Origin: Octopus vulgaris
Taxonomy: Eukaryota
Direction: 5' to 3'
NCBI GenBank assembly: GCA_951406725.2
Contig: OX597814.1
Span: 161,076,001-161,140,000 of the forward strand
Length of the DNA stretch: 64,000 bases
The translations under genes and the position numbers were made by a program. A model generated the notes under the pieces. It searched no databases and had not been told where the DNA came from. It saw only the letters and a program-made list of their open reading frames with translations. This document shows, piece after piece, positions 12,259 through 24,739 of this stretch (position 1 is its first letter; the number at the start of each line of letters is the position of its first letter).

Positions 12259-13462
12259 GAGCTAACTGGATCCTATAAAGGAGCTGTTGAGGTAGCAGAC
12301 CACGAAACACGGTTGTAATTCCTCTCCACAAAGTGCTAAACATAGAGAGGACAGACAAACGGATTAAGTCGATTATATCGACTCCAGTGCATAACTTGTA
12401 CTTATTTAATCGGCCCCGAAAGGATGAAAGGCAAAGTCGACCTGGGCGGAATTTGAACTCGGAACGTAGCGGCAGACGAAATACCGCAAAGCATTTCGCC
12501 CGGCGTGCTAACGTTTCTGACGGCTCGCCGCCTTAAACCATCACTAATATTAGCACAGGTATGGCTGTAAGGTTATAAAGTTTGCTTTGTAAGCACCGTA
12601 GCATCTTACCCAAAGTACATTGAAAGAAATATAGTGGCGAGAAACAATATGGAAGCCTATTGTGAGTGCATGCGTGTGTGCGCTTACTTTTATGCCGCTT
12701 TCAAACCAATACTGTAGATGTACTGCATCATAGCGCTACCGTGCTATTTAAATTATGAAGAGTTATTTCCCTTACACGATTTACTGTTTTAGAGCCAGTA
12801 TCAGGAAACGACGCTAATCATGGTTTCATACAGATATGTTGAAGGAGTGGGATAGATATATATTCATCTCTCTCTGCACAAAGGCTTAATGTAAAAAAAA
12901 AATCTTTTCTAGTTTTCATTTTTTAAGTCTTTTATCGAAGAGGCAAAAATGAAATAAAGGTATCGATCAGAATTTGAGTCTTCATTATGGAAATTTGAAT
13001 TTCAAAACCGATATTTAGTGTGTCCAAAGAAAGGCTACTCGCCTCTAGACTTTTACTGAGAAAAGTTAGATTTAATAGATTACTTCTGATCCAGGAGCAA
13101 TCTTGTCTCATTTATTTAATCAAGCTGGATCCTTGGGGGTTCATGAAAACTAAAAAGTAAGTTGGAAATCAAATAATTTAAAAGGTAGTGTGTTTCACAA
13201 AGTGGGGCCTGTGAAAAACATTTTAGGGTTCTGCTTTAATAAATTCAACAAAATATATTTTATCCAAATAGAGAATTGATGTATAAATATCAAAGAATAA
13301 GTTTATGGTAAAAAAATTTATTTCATAAAAATTCAAATTTGTTTTATCAAAAAAAAGTATTCATCATTTCAAAGTTATGTTATGTGTGTATGTGCATGCA
13401 CACAGATGGATGGATGGTCAGTTGGTTGTCTAAGGATCCTTTAAGTCAAAAAGAATCAGACA

Positions 13463-14363
13463 ATCAGACCTGGACACAATGCAGCAGTGGATCATGGACT
13501 GGCAACTCAAGCGGGCTGTGGACAAATGTACCACCATGCATTTTGGGAGAAAAAACCCAACGTTTACTTACTCCCTCCACAACACTAATCTCAAAAAGTC
13601 TTCTTGTGAACGTGACCTGGGCATTATTGTCAACAGCGAGTTGCATTGGACAAAACACATTGCTAAGATTGCCAAGAAAGCTGAGGGTGTCTTGGCATCA
13701 CTTACCAAGTCCTTTGTGAGCCGCTCTCTGGCTATCTGTCTGAGGCTTTATATAGCTATGGTGCGGCCTCACCTGGAATTTGCATCACCGGTCTGGAACC
13801 CCTATCTTGTCCAGGATATTAATCGTCTGGAAACTGTTCAGTGACGTACAACCAAGAGAATACCCTCCATCAGGCATTTGCCATATTCTGAACGCCTTAC
13901 TTCCCTGGGCATGGATACATTGAAACTATGATGTCTGGCAGCTGACTTGGCAAACAACCATAAAATTATTAACCATCTTACTAACAATAATTCTGAGCAC
14001 CTTTTCAAACTCCACCTGTCTAACACCCGTGGACATGTTTACAAAGTGAGAAAACAGCACAGCTCCCATGACTTTTGGAAACATTTTTTCACACTAAGAG
14101 TTGCTGAAGTATGGAACAATCTGCTGGCATCAGTTGTTAGTTGTCGGAGTACTGCATCCTTCAAAACTTCCATGCTTCCTGAGATTCGCCAACACTACAC
14201 CTGATTTTCTCCCCTCCATACACACGCAAGCATGTATCTGGCTCGTACACTGTTCACTTCCCAGACATTTGTACATTATTGCATATGCTTTATACGCACT
14301 TTTGACAAGTTGTGGTGCACCTGAGCACTGTATACAATAATTTCATTCTTTTTCTTCTTCTTT

Positions 14364-14394
<31 letters not shown>
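13463..14394 (+). mobile_element. CR1-group LINE 3' fragment (end of the RT ORF, 3' UTR and (TAT)n tail)
   Basis: WIMDWQL...KC..MHFGRKN...ERDLGIIV...LYIAMVRPHLEFASPVWNPY...LETVQ and TRGH.YK...FFTLRVAEVWNNL, with in-frame stops; microsatellite tail. Confidence 0.92.
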
Positions 14395-14395
<1 letters not shown>

Positions 14396-14869
14396 AGCAT
14401 TCGTATGTTTGTCAGTAGTGTGGGTACATTAATCAAATTATGCAGTATTGTAGAGCCATTCCAGCTGAGCTAACTACTCAGTTTTACACAGTATGTTAGA
14501 CAATCAGATGATTATCTAAGACTGTGTTCATCAGAGTGGCTGGAATGGAAAAAAAAAATATGGTGACAGCTCTTTTATTTCAAGTGAGGAAGTGTGCTGT
14601 GGGTATTGTGAAAGAGATGAAATGAAGCTGCTGGGTGCAATTAAGAGATGGGATTCCATCAAAAGTTTTATCCCTTACCGAAAAATACCTGAGTTGTAAT
14701 TGCCAGCAAAGTGTGGATTTGGATGCAGGTTGATATGTTTACAAGGGGAGGAGATGGGGTGAGTACCAAAACCTTTAGACTTGGAGAGTTAGGATTAAGC
14801 ATATAAATAATCCTATCTTTAAATACTCTGGGTTCTAATTATTTGATCAGTGGTATGGTCTACATGTGA

Positions 14870-15205
14870 AGGCACATGGCTCAGTGGTTAGAGCGTCGAG
14901 CTTATGATCGTGAGGTTGTGAGCTTGAATCCCGGACCGGGCTGCATGTTGTGTTCTAGAGCAAAACACTTTATTTCACGTTGCTCAAGTTCACTCAGCTG
15001 CAGAAAGGAGTTGTGACATCACAGGTGCTAAGCTGTATTGGCCTTAGCCTTTCCCTTGGATAACACTGGTGGCATGGAGAGGAGAGGCCGGTATGCATGG
15101 GCAACTGCTGGTCTTCCATAAACAACCTTGCCTGAACTTGTGCCTGGGAGAGTAACTTTCTAGGTGCAATCTCATGGTCTGTGTCGTGACTGAAGGGGGT
15201 CTCAG
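14870..15205 (+). mobile_element. tRNA-derived SINE, family C
   Basis: TGGCTCAGTGGTTAGAGC A-box and a degenerate B-box; the body is shared with the copies at 38515-38845 and 40636-40850. Confidence 0.8.
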
Positions 15206-15537
15206 GTATGGTCTACTCATTGAATTAACATGTAAGTAACAGTACTCTACAGGCGCATGTGTTGTTAGTATAATTCTCAGGGGGAATCAACATGTGACAA
15301 AGCTGGTCCTTTTGAATTGCAGCAAAATCCCATCTGATGGACTTTCAAACAGTTTCCAAACAAGAAGTACCCCTAAGATACATTAAAAGATACTTGCTTA
15401 AGATGTCACAGACAAGGACTGAATTCAGAACCTCATGATTACAAAGTGAAGCTTTTAATGTTAGGTCAAGCCTGCATTCTTTTTGACATGTCTCACAATA
15501 GATTTACGTGCATCAGAAAAGTTGAGAAGAACCTTAA

Positions 15538-15757
15538 CCTGTTAGCATTCAGATTACTCTGTTAAATGTATTGATTATTTATTCACATTGCTTTTAGTTA
15601 ATCATCCATTATTTCGTAGCTTTGAGTGGTATGGTCTCAAACAATGATGTGATTGTTTATTTTTAGAATGATATTGTAAGGAAAGTGTGAGATGCTGGAT
15701 CTGGACAGTTTGAACATAAAATGTTTTGGCCAGATATAGTTGGTTTAAATGCTAAAG
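15538..15757. mobile_element. piggyBac-type MITE (decayed)
   Basis: TTAA|CCTGTTAGCATTCAGATTAC...; reverse-complement homolog of 36000-36219; related fragments at about 16025-16208 and 20510-20565. Confidence 0.6.
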
Positions 15758-16520
15758 CACCGATCTGTTAGAAAAAAAATTCCAAGCAAATACCAACATT
15801 TTAGAACCATTTAAAGCAAGAATATTTGTATAAATGAAGAAAGACATTTACTACAATTTTTAAATGTTGAAATTTTTTATATTACATGACAATAAACGAA
15901 ATCCAACCCATTTTTTTGTTTAATTTTCTTCTGTTGATTTGCATCAGACCATGTCTTTTAATGGTAATAATACTGGGGCTCACAATTTCTCACAGGAATA
16001 CTGGAGCCATTGGTGGGTTACACTCCATACCATCCAGAGCATTTAAATCAGTAATTTCCAGTTCAAATATTATATCTCTTTTATGTTTAAAATGACCAGA
16101 TATAGCTTTCACAACTATCCTACAATGTAGGGTAAACAATCACATCATTGAAATCTTGGGAAAATGTGCATTACATTTGACTGAATAATCTGAACGCTAA
16201 AAGGTTAACGTGCTTATAACACTAAGAAGATTTGTTTGAGATTTTCAGCTGTTGACTCTTGTTTGAAGAAATCTGGTAGACACTAATATCACTCAATTAA
16301 GTCAACTCTGTACTTGACTGGAGCTTGTTTATTTTGTCATATCCTGAAGGATCAATTTTATGATTCTGAATTATCCACAGTCCACATTGAACTGTTCAAT
16401 TGTATATTATTACCTGCAGTCAGTTGTCATGACTATGACTGTTCATGACTTTGGTATGACTTGATAAGCTTTCTTTCTCCATGCTGGTCAGTTTTTTGCT
16501 TGAGTTTGCCATTTATTTAT

Positions 16521-16835
16521 GGAGGCGCAATGGCCCAGTGGTTAGGGCAGTGGACTCGCGGTCGGAGGATCGCGGTTTCGATTCCCAGACTGGGTGTTGT
16601 GCATGTTTATTGAGCGAAAACACCTAAAGTTCCACGAGGCTCCAGCAGGGGGTGGTGGCGACCTCTCTTGTACTCTTTCGCTACAACTTTCTCTCACTCT
16701 CTCTTCCTGTTTCTTGAGTAATGGTGCGATGGACTGGCGTCCTGTCCAGCTGGGGGAAACACATATACCACAGAAATCGGGAAACTGGGCCCATGAGCCT
16801 GGCTAGACTTGAAAAGAGTGCATAAATAAATAAAA
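16521..16835 (+). mobile_element. tRNA(Arg)-like SINE, family D
   Basis: GGAGGCGCAATGGCCCAGTGGTTAGGGC..GACTCGCGGTC..GGTTTCGATTCC head and (TAAA)n tail; a second copy lies at 36472-36765. Confidence 0.8.
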
Positions 16836-17567
16836 TTGCCATTTATTATCATCAATTCCTTCATATTCATTTTTGCAGTATCTTTGAATCTCAGTCTAGG
16901 TCTTCCATGGTTTCTTTTCCCCTTGCATAGTTAGGAGTAAAGGAGTTGTTTGGGCTGTCTGTTGTTCTCCATCCTGTGTACGTGTCCCAACCAATGTAAA
17001 TTTCTATCAATGAGGATTTTCATACAATGAACCAACCCATGCAAGCATGGAAACAGGACATTAAAATGATGGTGATAATGATGATGATGATGATAATTGA
17101 CATAAAAAAGTGAAATTCAATACTGATTCATTAGAGAGTTACAGCTGGTAAAGTTGATAGGATGGGTGGTAGCTCTGACTGTCTTGAGGGCTGACTATTT
17201 ATTTCCTGTCATTACTTATGTACTTGAGTTCCTGACTTAACTCTTGTAAGCCCAACCTTAATAGCTATAAGTACTACTTTCAGTAACAGTATCAACTTAA
17301 GTGACAGATGATTTTTGACACCAGAACAATCCTATCATCAAAAACATTCCAGCTTTATTAACAAACATTTCCTTATCATTTTCCTTGGGGGTCACTCTGC
17401 CATAATTAATATGATCTGTTTGACTAAAACTCTCAGCTGGAAAGCACTTGCCAGACCAAAATAGCAACCTTGGTTTCTTCAATGTTGAAGAAGTTGTTGG
17501 ATGGAAAAAGCCATTTAGTGACATGAATGAGGAGAAGGCACACATCTACCAGCAATATGGTATATGT

Positions 17568-17790
17568 CATCATCATCATCATTGTCGTTTAACGTCTGCT
17601 TTCCAAGCTAGCATGGGTTGGACGATTTGACTGAGGACTGGCGAACTAGATGGCTGCACCAGGCTCCAATCTTAATTTGGCAGAGTTTCTACAGTTGGAT
17701 GCCCTTCCTAATGCCAAGCACTCCGAGAGTGTAGTGGGTGCTTTTACATGCCACTGGCACGAGGGCCAGTCAGGCGGTACTGGCAACGGT
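17568..17790 (-). mobile_element. RTE-type 3' tail fragment
   Basis: (CAT)n followed by GGATGCCCTTCCTAA..CACTCCGAGAGTGTAGTGGGTGC, shared with the RTE end at 27058-27820. Confidence 0.75.
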
Positions 17791-17829
17791 CCCGGAAATC
17801 GTGTTTCTTTTTTTGTACCTCAGGATAAT

Positions 17830-18165
17830 GAAGGTTGGATAAAACCATCAACTGAAATATCAAACCATTGCCTCATCGCCATAAACTTGCTAAAGCATGC
17901 TCAATGACTCTGTAGTAGACTTCCCAAGTTTAACACAAAATTTCATGTTAGCTCTTTGTTCCCCTCCATGACAAAATCACAGCTACAGCATACATGTGAT
18001 CACAGAAACACAAATTTCACAACTTGCAAAGTAAACACAGTGATGTCACTTGGCACACTGCCTCACGAAGGTCACTGCTAGCTCTCATTGTGCATGCAAC
18101 AGTGTGCTGCCAATCAGTTGGCATGCTACGGAACTAGTCCTGGAACTTTTTGATGCCACCTTATT
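17830..18165 (-). mobile_element. mariner 5' end fragment
   Basis: The minus strand encodes NMKFCVKLGKSTTES..ML; homologous to 41900-42058; ends at a TIR-like GGAACTTTTTGATGCCACC. Confidence 0.7.
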
Positions 18166-18183
18166 ATCACACACCAATAATAT

Positions 18184-18400
18184 ATTTCTTTATTGCCCAC
18201 TAAGGGGCTAAACACAGAGGGGACAAACAAGGACAGACAAACGGATTAAGTCGATTGCATCGACCCCAGTGCGTAACTGGTACTTAATTTATTGACCCCG
18301 AAAGGATGATAGGCAAAGTCGACCTTGGCGGAATTTGAACTCAGAACATAACGGCAGACGAAATACGCATTTCGCCCGGTGTGCTAACGTTTCTGCCAAT
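18184..18400 (-). mobile_element. SINE family A
   Basis: Reverse-complement copy of family A. Confidence 0.85.
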
Positions 18401-18685
18401 TCAATCTTATCTCTTGTGTGATACATTTGGTTCTTATACCTTTTTCTTTCACTTCATTTGTGTTTCATTATTCACACTGTGGGGTAGTTGGTGTTAGGTA
18501 GGACATCCAGCTGTAAAAACTGTGCCAAAACAGACACAGAAGTATGGCCTGGCAAGCTCCTGTCAAACCATCCAACCCATGCAAGCACGGAAAGAGGATG
18601 TTATACAGTGATGATGATGATGATGATGAACATGCACACTCACATTACACATCCAGTGGAACATACATGCTTCATTTCTTTCCAG

Positions 18686-18908
18686 CTTTTACAAATCCTC
18701 TGTATTTAAGGCCCATGACTTGCTACCATGCAACATTGCACTTTGTGCTCAAGAATCATGCAATCTGCCCTTCAAAGCTGAGAAGGACGTCCTTTGCTGT
18801 CTGCAGAGGCAGTAGCTTCCTGAAGTCTTCCCATTTCAATCTTATTCTTAAATTTGGCAATTATGCTTTCAGAAAACCCACCTACTCTGCAAATTATGTC
18901 ACAAATAT
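18686..18908 (+). other. Candidate exon, product unknown
   Basis: Acceptor TTCATTTCTTTCCAG, donor AT|GTAAGA, open frame FTNPLYLRPMTCYHATLHFVLKNHAICPSKLRRTSF...; no in-phase partner exon found. Confidence 0.2.
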
Positions 18909-19709
18909 GTAAGAAAAGCTATCAACTACGTCTAAGTAGCCTCCTGTGTATTTTGAAAGAATGTATCGCATCTGTACTCTATCTTTATACATCTGACACT
19001 TACAAAGTCTAGTCTACCTTCTCTGTCAGCCCACTTGTGTTCTCCTTTCCATCTCTCTCTCTCTCCCCATTTATGTATGTGTATCTGCCTATCTATATGT
19101 GTGTGTGTGTGTGTGTGTGTATGATAAATATATGTATAGTAGAGTGTACAATTATTGGAGTAAATGAATATATGATGTGTGGGGGTTGTTTATAGTATTC
19201 TAATGCTTATTTGTTTAGGCAGTTGTGGTATAAATTAGCGAAGAACGTTTTATACTTGTTGCAATGAATGAAGTACAGTGCTTTCTAATTTGGTGTTGGA
19301 CTAAATGACTACAGGGTTTTCAGTTCAAAAGTTGCCATGCCCATTGCAGTGTGCAGCTTGGCAAATGCATTACTCAGCTTAAATCAGCCTTGCTTGGTTT
19401 ACTTGACAGTTCAATGATCAGTTAGAAGGTAGGGCATCTGATTGTAAAACCACTTATGTTAACAATATGTGAATATCAAATTTAAACCAAGCCCTCACAT
19501 CAAAGCTAGCAAGGTAAAATTAACATAACAGAAGAAAATATGAAGTGTAATGGTGAGATATGATATTAAATAATAGTCTTATATATTGTGACAGATGTAT
19601 TTCTAATTATTTCATGTATAATGGTATGCTGCTTTAAGATATGTTATACTATAAAACAGGACAGTATACAAGCAAAAGACTGTACAGATTTTAAAAAATT
19701 CTGTACGAA

Positions 19710-19873
19710 GGTGCAGGTGTAGCTGTTTGGTAAGAAGCTTGCTTCCCAGCCATATGGTTCTGGGTTCAGTCCTACTGTATGGCACCTTGGGCAAGTGTCC
19801 TCTGCTGTAGCCTCAGGCCGACCAAAGCCTTGTGAGTGGATTTGGTAGATGGAAACTGAAAGAAGTGGTCAAA

Positions 19874-19908
<35 letters not shown>

Positions 19909-20132
19909 AGGAGAGAGTGTGTGTGTCTTTGTGTTTGTGTTTGTTCCACACCACTGCTTGACAGCCAGTGTTGGTGTGTTTATGTCCTCATAACTTAGCA
20001 GTTCAGCAAAAGAGAATGATAGAAAAAATATCAGGCTTAACAAAAATAAGTACTGAGGTTGATTCATTTAACTAAAAATTCAAGGCAGTGTTCCAGAATG
20101 GCCTCACACTAATGACTGAAACAAGTAAAAGA
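19710..20132 (+). mobile_element. SINE family B (CORE-like GGCACCTTGGGCAAGTG) with internal (GT)n
   Basis: GGTTCAGTCCT B-box-like motif, CORE-like motif and TGACTGAAACAAGTAAAA tail. Confidence 0.8.
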
Positions 20133-20325
20133 AGTTTTACTTACAGCAATACTTTGATGATATTTTATCCTTTATTTGAAAGATATCCAAAACTGTACTT
20201 TTAAATTTTATTATTTTTAAATAATTTTTTAATATATTTTTACAATAAATGAAATTTCCCAGCCTGAGATAAGTTTGTTACATTAATAAACAGAGAATTG
20301 TATTCTTATCAGTTAGTCATCTTAC

Positions 20326-20382
20326 CTTGGCTTTACTCATTTTCAGTGCATAGATAAAGTTACAGACACTTTGGCAGAAGTC
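20326..20382 (-). other. Candidate 57-bp exon
   Basis: CTGTAG acceptor, AAG|GTAAGA donor, phase 0-0 frame DFCQSVCNFIYALKMSKAK. Confidence 0.2.
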
Positions 20383-20569
20383 CTACAGGCAGATACATTC
20401 CAGAGAATAAATATTTGTTTCTAGTGATGATTGCAGAGTATATTAATAATTTTATTAAATTTCACAAATGAATCATTAAAAATTCTCCAGAACAACAAAT
20501 TATTTGTTTAACACTTTAGCATTCAGATTACTCTGTCAAATTTTAATGCTTATTTATTCACAATGTTCT

Positions 20570-21290
20570 ACTGCATGCATAGGCTATGTCGTGTTTCTGT
20601 GGAAGAAATTATGCATGTGATTAGCAGCTGTCCTATAATGTTGTCACAGTACTACATTCCTATGTGACACAATGTTGTTGCTAAAACAATTTACAATGTC
20701 ATCCACAAAAAAGACTGCTCTGAAATAAACTTGGAAAATCCCTCTGTTATGGAATACATTTATAAACACCAACTCGAGGAATACTGGCAGAATATTATTA
20801 TCAAAACTTCTGTCAAATGTAAGCATAACAGGCCAGATATTGTTGTTTGGGACAGAGGGGCAAAGGTATGTACCATCATAGAGGTTAGCTGCCCTACAGA
20901 TATAAATATCTCTTTGAAAATCAAAGAAAAAAAGAGGATATCCATGGACAACTGCTTTGAAACCTCCAGCTTCTATATCCAGATGATAAATTCATATTCA
21001 TATCAATAATAATTGGAGTACTAGGTTTTGTCAGTAAATGCTTAAAGGAGAATCTGGATAAACTGGGATTTTCAGAAAGAGAAATTGACCGGCTAATTTG
21101 TACATTACAAGTGCAATATGTAAGTGGAACAGTACAAATATGCAAAGGTTTTCTCAAGTTCCAAATGTGAATTTGTCTGTTAACTACATCCCAAAGATGG
21201 AGCCTTGTATCTTTGTTGGAAACTGGCTCCCTACAAAGTGGAAGATTTATAATAATTAAAAAATAGAATACATACATACATACATATGTA
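20570..21290 (+). mobile_element. R4/Dong-like LINE 3' fragment (restriction-like endonuclease)
   Basis: Decayed zinc-knuckle region (..ISSCP..YYIP.HNVVAKTI) followed by KHNRPDIVVWDRGAKVCTIIEVSCPTD and PIIIG.LG-like motifs; (TACA)n tail. Confidence 0.8.
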
Positions 21291-22309
21291 TGTATATGTT
21301 TAATACCAGTGTAAAGTTATTTTTCATTGCAAAGTAAAGGATATTTGTTGGAAATGTATTATAGTCTTCTCATTCTTTCTCATAAGATAACTGAAAATAC
21401 TTTATAAAATCATGCATTTTATCTTTAATAAGTTAATTTAGCATTTTATTTTAAATAAGTTAATCCTGTATTTATCTTCTCTATAATCACATAATCTCAA
21501 TAATGTTTCAAAAATTCAATTTTCTCATCAATGAAATTCAATTTTTTCAAATATTCTTTCATAAACTCTTTCAGATATTTTCATTCATATATGGACCACA
21601 TCAGATGATGGGAAAGCACAATTTTTAAAACAGTCTGTCTTTGATAAAAGAAAAGAAAAATTCTTAACAATCTTATTTAAAATAAATACAAAGAGTAAAA
21701 TAGCAATTTTAAAATTATTTTCAGTTATTTTACAAGAAAGGGGGAGAAAGTATAGAACATTTCCATCAAAATATAACCAATGAGAAATGACTTAATAAAT
21801 AAAAAAAATCCCAACCAAAACTAAGAAATTAATGTTATTCCTGCATGGCACTGGTCATGAATGTAGATTCCCAGAGGCAATGGTTGCAGAAATTTCACCA
21901 AAGGAAAAAACACATAGGAAAGTCACAGACATATCTTCTTCCCATACACATAGACATCATTATCTTCATTTTTTAACTTCCACTTTTTTTGTGCTTTCAT
22001 AGGTCAGAGTTTATCGAGGCAAGTTTTCTATGACCAGATGTCCTCCCTGTTGCCAACCGTTATTTAATTCCAAGCAAGGTAATTTTTTCCCCCATCCCCA
22101 GACATGTTTCACAACAATCACACAATGTCAAAACAAAGAGACACAGACATACATGCACTTTCACACACATGCATGTGTATACATATGAATATCGATATCT
22201 TAGCTTTGTATTATTTTGTGAATTAATGAATCATTTGAAATTTGAATATGTATTTAAGTGAACTGTTATTCTATTATTGTGTAATAAGTGCTGATATTTT
22301 AGTGTCAAA

Positions 22310-23225
22310 TTTCAGTACAAGGCCAGCAAATTTGAGGGAGTGGAAATGTCAATTACATCGATCCCAGTGCTCAACTGGTTATTATTTTATTGATTCCAAA
22401 AGAATGAAAGGTAAAGTCAACCCTTGTGGAATTTAAACTCAATGTGAAGACAGATGAAATGCAGCTAACCATTTTACCTGGCATGTTAACGATTCTGCCA
22501 GCTTACCACCTTAGTAAATGTTTATATATTGAAATAAGAAAACAATTGGAATTTTGTATTTTATTCTTTTATTCTTTTACTTGTTTCAGTCATTTGACTG
22601 TGGCTTGGTAGAGTACTGCTTTAAAAGGTGTTAGTCAAAGAAATCAACCCCAGGACTTATTTTTTGTAACCCTAGTACTTATTCTATTGGTATCTTTTGC
22701 TGAACCACTAGGTTACAGGGACATAAACATACTAGCATCGGTTGTCAAGCAATGACCATGGGGGACAAATCCATCTGCCAAATCCACTCACAAGGCTTTG
22801 GTTGGCCTGAGGCCACAGTAGAAGACACTTGCCCAAGGTGCCATGCAGTGGGACTGAACCTGGTACCATGTGGTTGGGAAGCAAGCTTCTTACCACACAG
22901 CCACACCTGTGCCTATATTATATCTTATTAATTTATAGCTAGTTTAGATTTGGTTGTTTAGGAACTTAAATGCATTATTCAAAACAAATTGTCCATTAAA
23001 CATAGATATATTAGTTTCAAATTTTGACACAACGCCAGCAATTTCTGGGGATGGAGTGAGTTGATTACATCGACCTCAGTGTTCAAGTGGTACTTATTTT
23101 ATTGACTCTGAAAGGATGAAAGGCAAAGTTGATCATGGCAGCATTTGAACTCAGAACATAAAGTCAGAAGAAAGGCTGCTAATAATTTTGCTGGTATAGT
23201 AATGATTCTGCCAACTCACTGCCTT
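22310..23225 (-). mobile_element. Cluster of decayed SINEs (A 22310-22512, B 22570-22915, A 23020-23225)
   Basis: Reverse-complement family A and B motifs showing CpG decay. Confidence 0.75.
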
Positions 23226-23299
23226 ATTAAATGTAGATATATTGACAGAAAATTGCATATTTGTTTGTAGAAGTAACATAATTTCACAACACAGCTCAA

Positions 23300-23785
23300 A
23301 TCATCATCATTGTCATCATTGTTTAATGTCTGCTTTCCATACTGGCACGGGTTGGATGGTTTGACTGAGGACTGGCAAGCCAGGAGGCTGTACCAGGTTC
23401 CAATCTGATCTGGCAAGGTTTCTGCATGGGAGCCAGTCAGGCAGCACTGGCATCAACCACACTCGTATGTTGCTTTTTATGTGCCACCAGCATGGGAGCC
23501 AGTCTGGTGGCACTGGCATTGACCATGCTCAAATGGTGCTTTTTATGTGCCACCAGCATGGGAGCCAGTCTGGTGGCACCGGCATTGACCATGCTCAAAT
23601 GATGCTTTTTATGTGCCACTGGTATGGGTGCCAGTCAGGTGGTACTGGTATCGGCCACGACAATGATTTCACTTGACTCAACAGGTCTTCTCAAGCACAG
23701 CATCTTGTCCGACAACTGAAGGGTACTTATAAATAGGCTGGTTATGTGAAGCTGGGATAGGTCACGGCTACAATCTCACTTTGCT
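23300..23785 (-). mobile_element. RTE 3' UTR/tail with about 64-bp tandem repeats
   Basis: Three to four repeats of GGGAGCCAGTC.GGTGGCACTGGCATTGACCATGCTCAAATGGTGCTTTTATGTGCCACC; (CAT)n end. Confidence 0.75.
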
Positions 23786-24129
23786 AAGAAATAGATAAAA
23801 TATAAAGAATCTGAAAGGAAAAAAAAAACGAGGTAAAAGTCCATTACATAGCTATATCAAATAAACTTAATTACAAGGCCAGGCACATATATGTCTCTAC
23901 AATGCTTGAGATCCACTGTGCCAATCCTTCACTTGTTTATTACTGACTCTCCTGCTTCAATTTCAATGTGAAGGGGTGTAAATTAAGCCCCACCACTCTA
24001 CTTTTTTATTGTATGGATAGAGATGAGGTTTCAAACATACCTTCAAGATAAAAAAAAGCCCTTTTTGAAATTTTGTTGAATATTCTTCTTCTCTACCAAA
24101 CACAAATACATTTATGCATACATACATAC

Positions 24130-24258
24130 CTGCATGCCTGCCTTTTGCTCTTTCTCTGGTTTTGCGGTGAAAGAGCAAAAGAAACTGATGTGGATTCTCC
24201 AAATCCAATCTATCAGTGGCATAGTGAAGATTTGTAAGACATTCTAAAAGTTCTCCAT
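24130..24258 (-). other. Candidate 129-bp exon
   Basis: TTTCAG acceptor, GCAG|GTATGT donor, open phase 1-1 frame DGELLECLTNLHYATDRLDLENPHQFLLLFHRKTRERAKGRHA. Confidence 0.25.
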
Positions 24259-24739
24259 CTGAAATTCTTATGTGAATAGATGCACACACATGTATGCTTG
24301 CATCAACAGTTTAACCAGTACACAAACTCAATCATATATTTACAAACATTGGGAACCCTTCTTAACTTGTTGTTAAAAGAAGTCTTGTTGTTTTGTTAGT
24401 GACCAGCTTGAACTCTCTCGAGAAGAACTTAGATAAAACTCAAAGAAAAATCACACACACACACACAAAGTTTCTTTCAGTTTTTGTCAATCAAATTCAC
24501 TCACAAGGCTTTGGTTGGCTTAGGGTTATAGTAGAAGACATTTGACCAAAATACCATACCATGGGACTGAACTCAAAACCATATAGTTAGGATGCAAACT
24601 TCTTAATCATGCAGTGATACATGTATGTGGGAAATACTTTACTGTGTTCCAAACACTATCATATTTGTCTAGTAACCATTTATTTTTCTAATTAAAGTCA
24701 GTGAACTCTATTCTTAATTTACTTCAAAGATTTGTTTCG

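Larger units (their letters stand above)
11539..12325 (-). mobile_element. 5'-truncated HERO-clade-like (restriction-like endonuclease) LINE: ORF C-terminus plus 3' UTR, with an inverted second 3' end at 12201-12325
   Basis: The minus frame 12200->11918 reads ERKKRYEKLIEKCREQGWNVEYYHQAVGARGF...AVEKVSFYIWLKRED, typical of the HERO C-terminal K..KY..L...CR..GW......EVGCRGF...W.W.KR motif; 11539-11641 and 12201-12303 are inverted copies. Confidence 0.75.
11375..12535 (-). mobile_element. SINE family A cluster interrupted by a HERO-like LINE insertion
   Basis: The SINE tail CCCACAAGGGG|CTAAAC is split at about 11539 and resumes as CCACAAAGTGCTAAAC at about 12326. Confidence 0.8.

Noticed and set aside
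12246-12320. Conventional type I hammerhead using CUGAUGA at 12246 and GAAAC at 12304
   Set aside because: The sequence after the putative GUA cannot pair to form stem I; the permuted pairing fits both copies better
11918-12358. The 146-aa ORF as an intact gene
   Set aside because: Its N-terminal part is read through SINE and inverted-UTR sequence; only 12200-11918 is LINE coding sequence
16521-16595. tRNA-Arg-like sequence
   Set aside because: The acceptor stem does not pair and the sequence continues into a SINE body and tail, so it is a SINE head
17297-17545. 82-aa ORF in unique sequence
   Set aside because: No recognisable motif and no clear splice sites
23420-23660. Regularly spaced repeats resembling a CRISPR array
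   Set aside because: The whole unit repeats with no unique spacers, there are no cas genes, and the context is a eukaryotic RTE UTR
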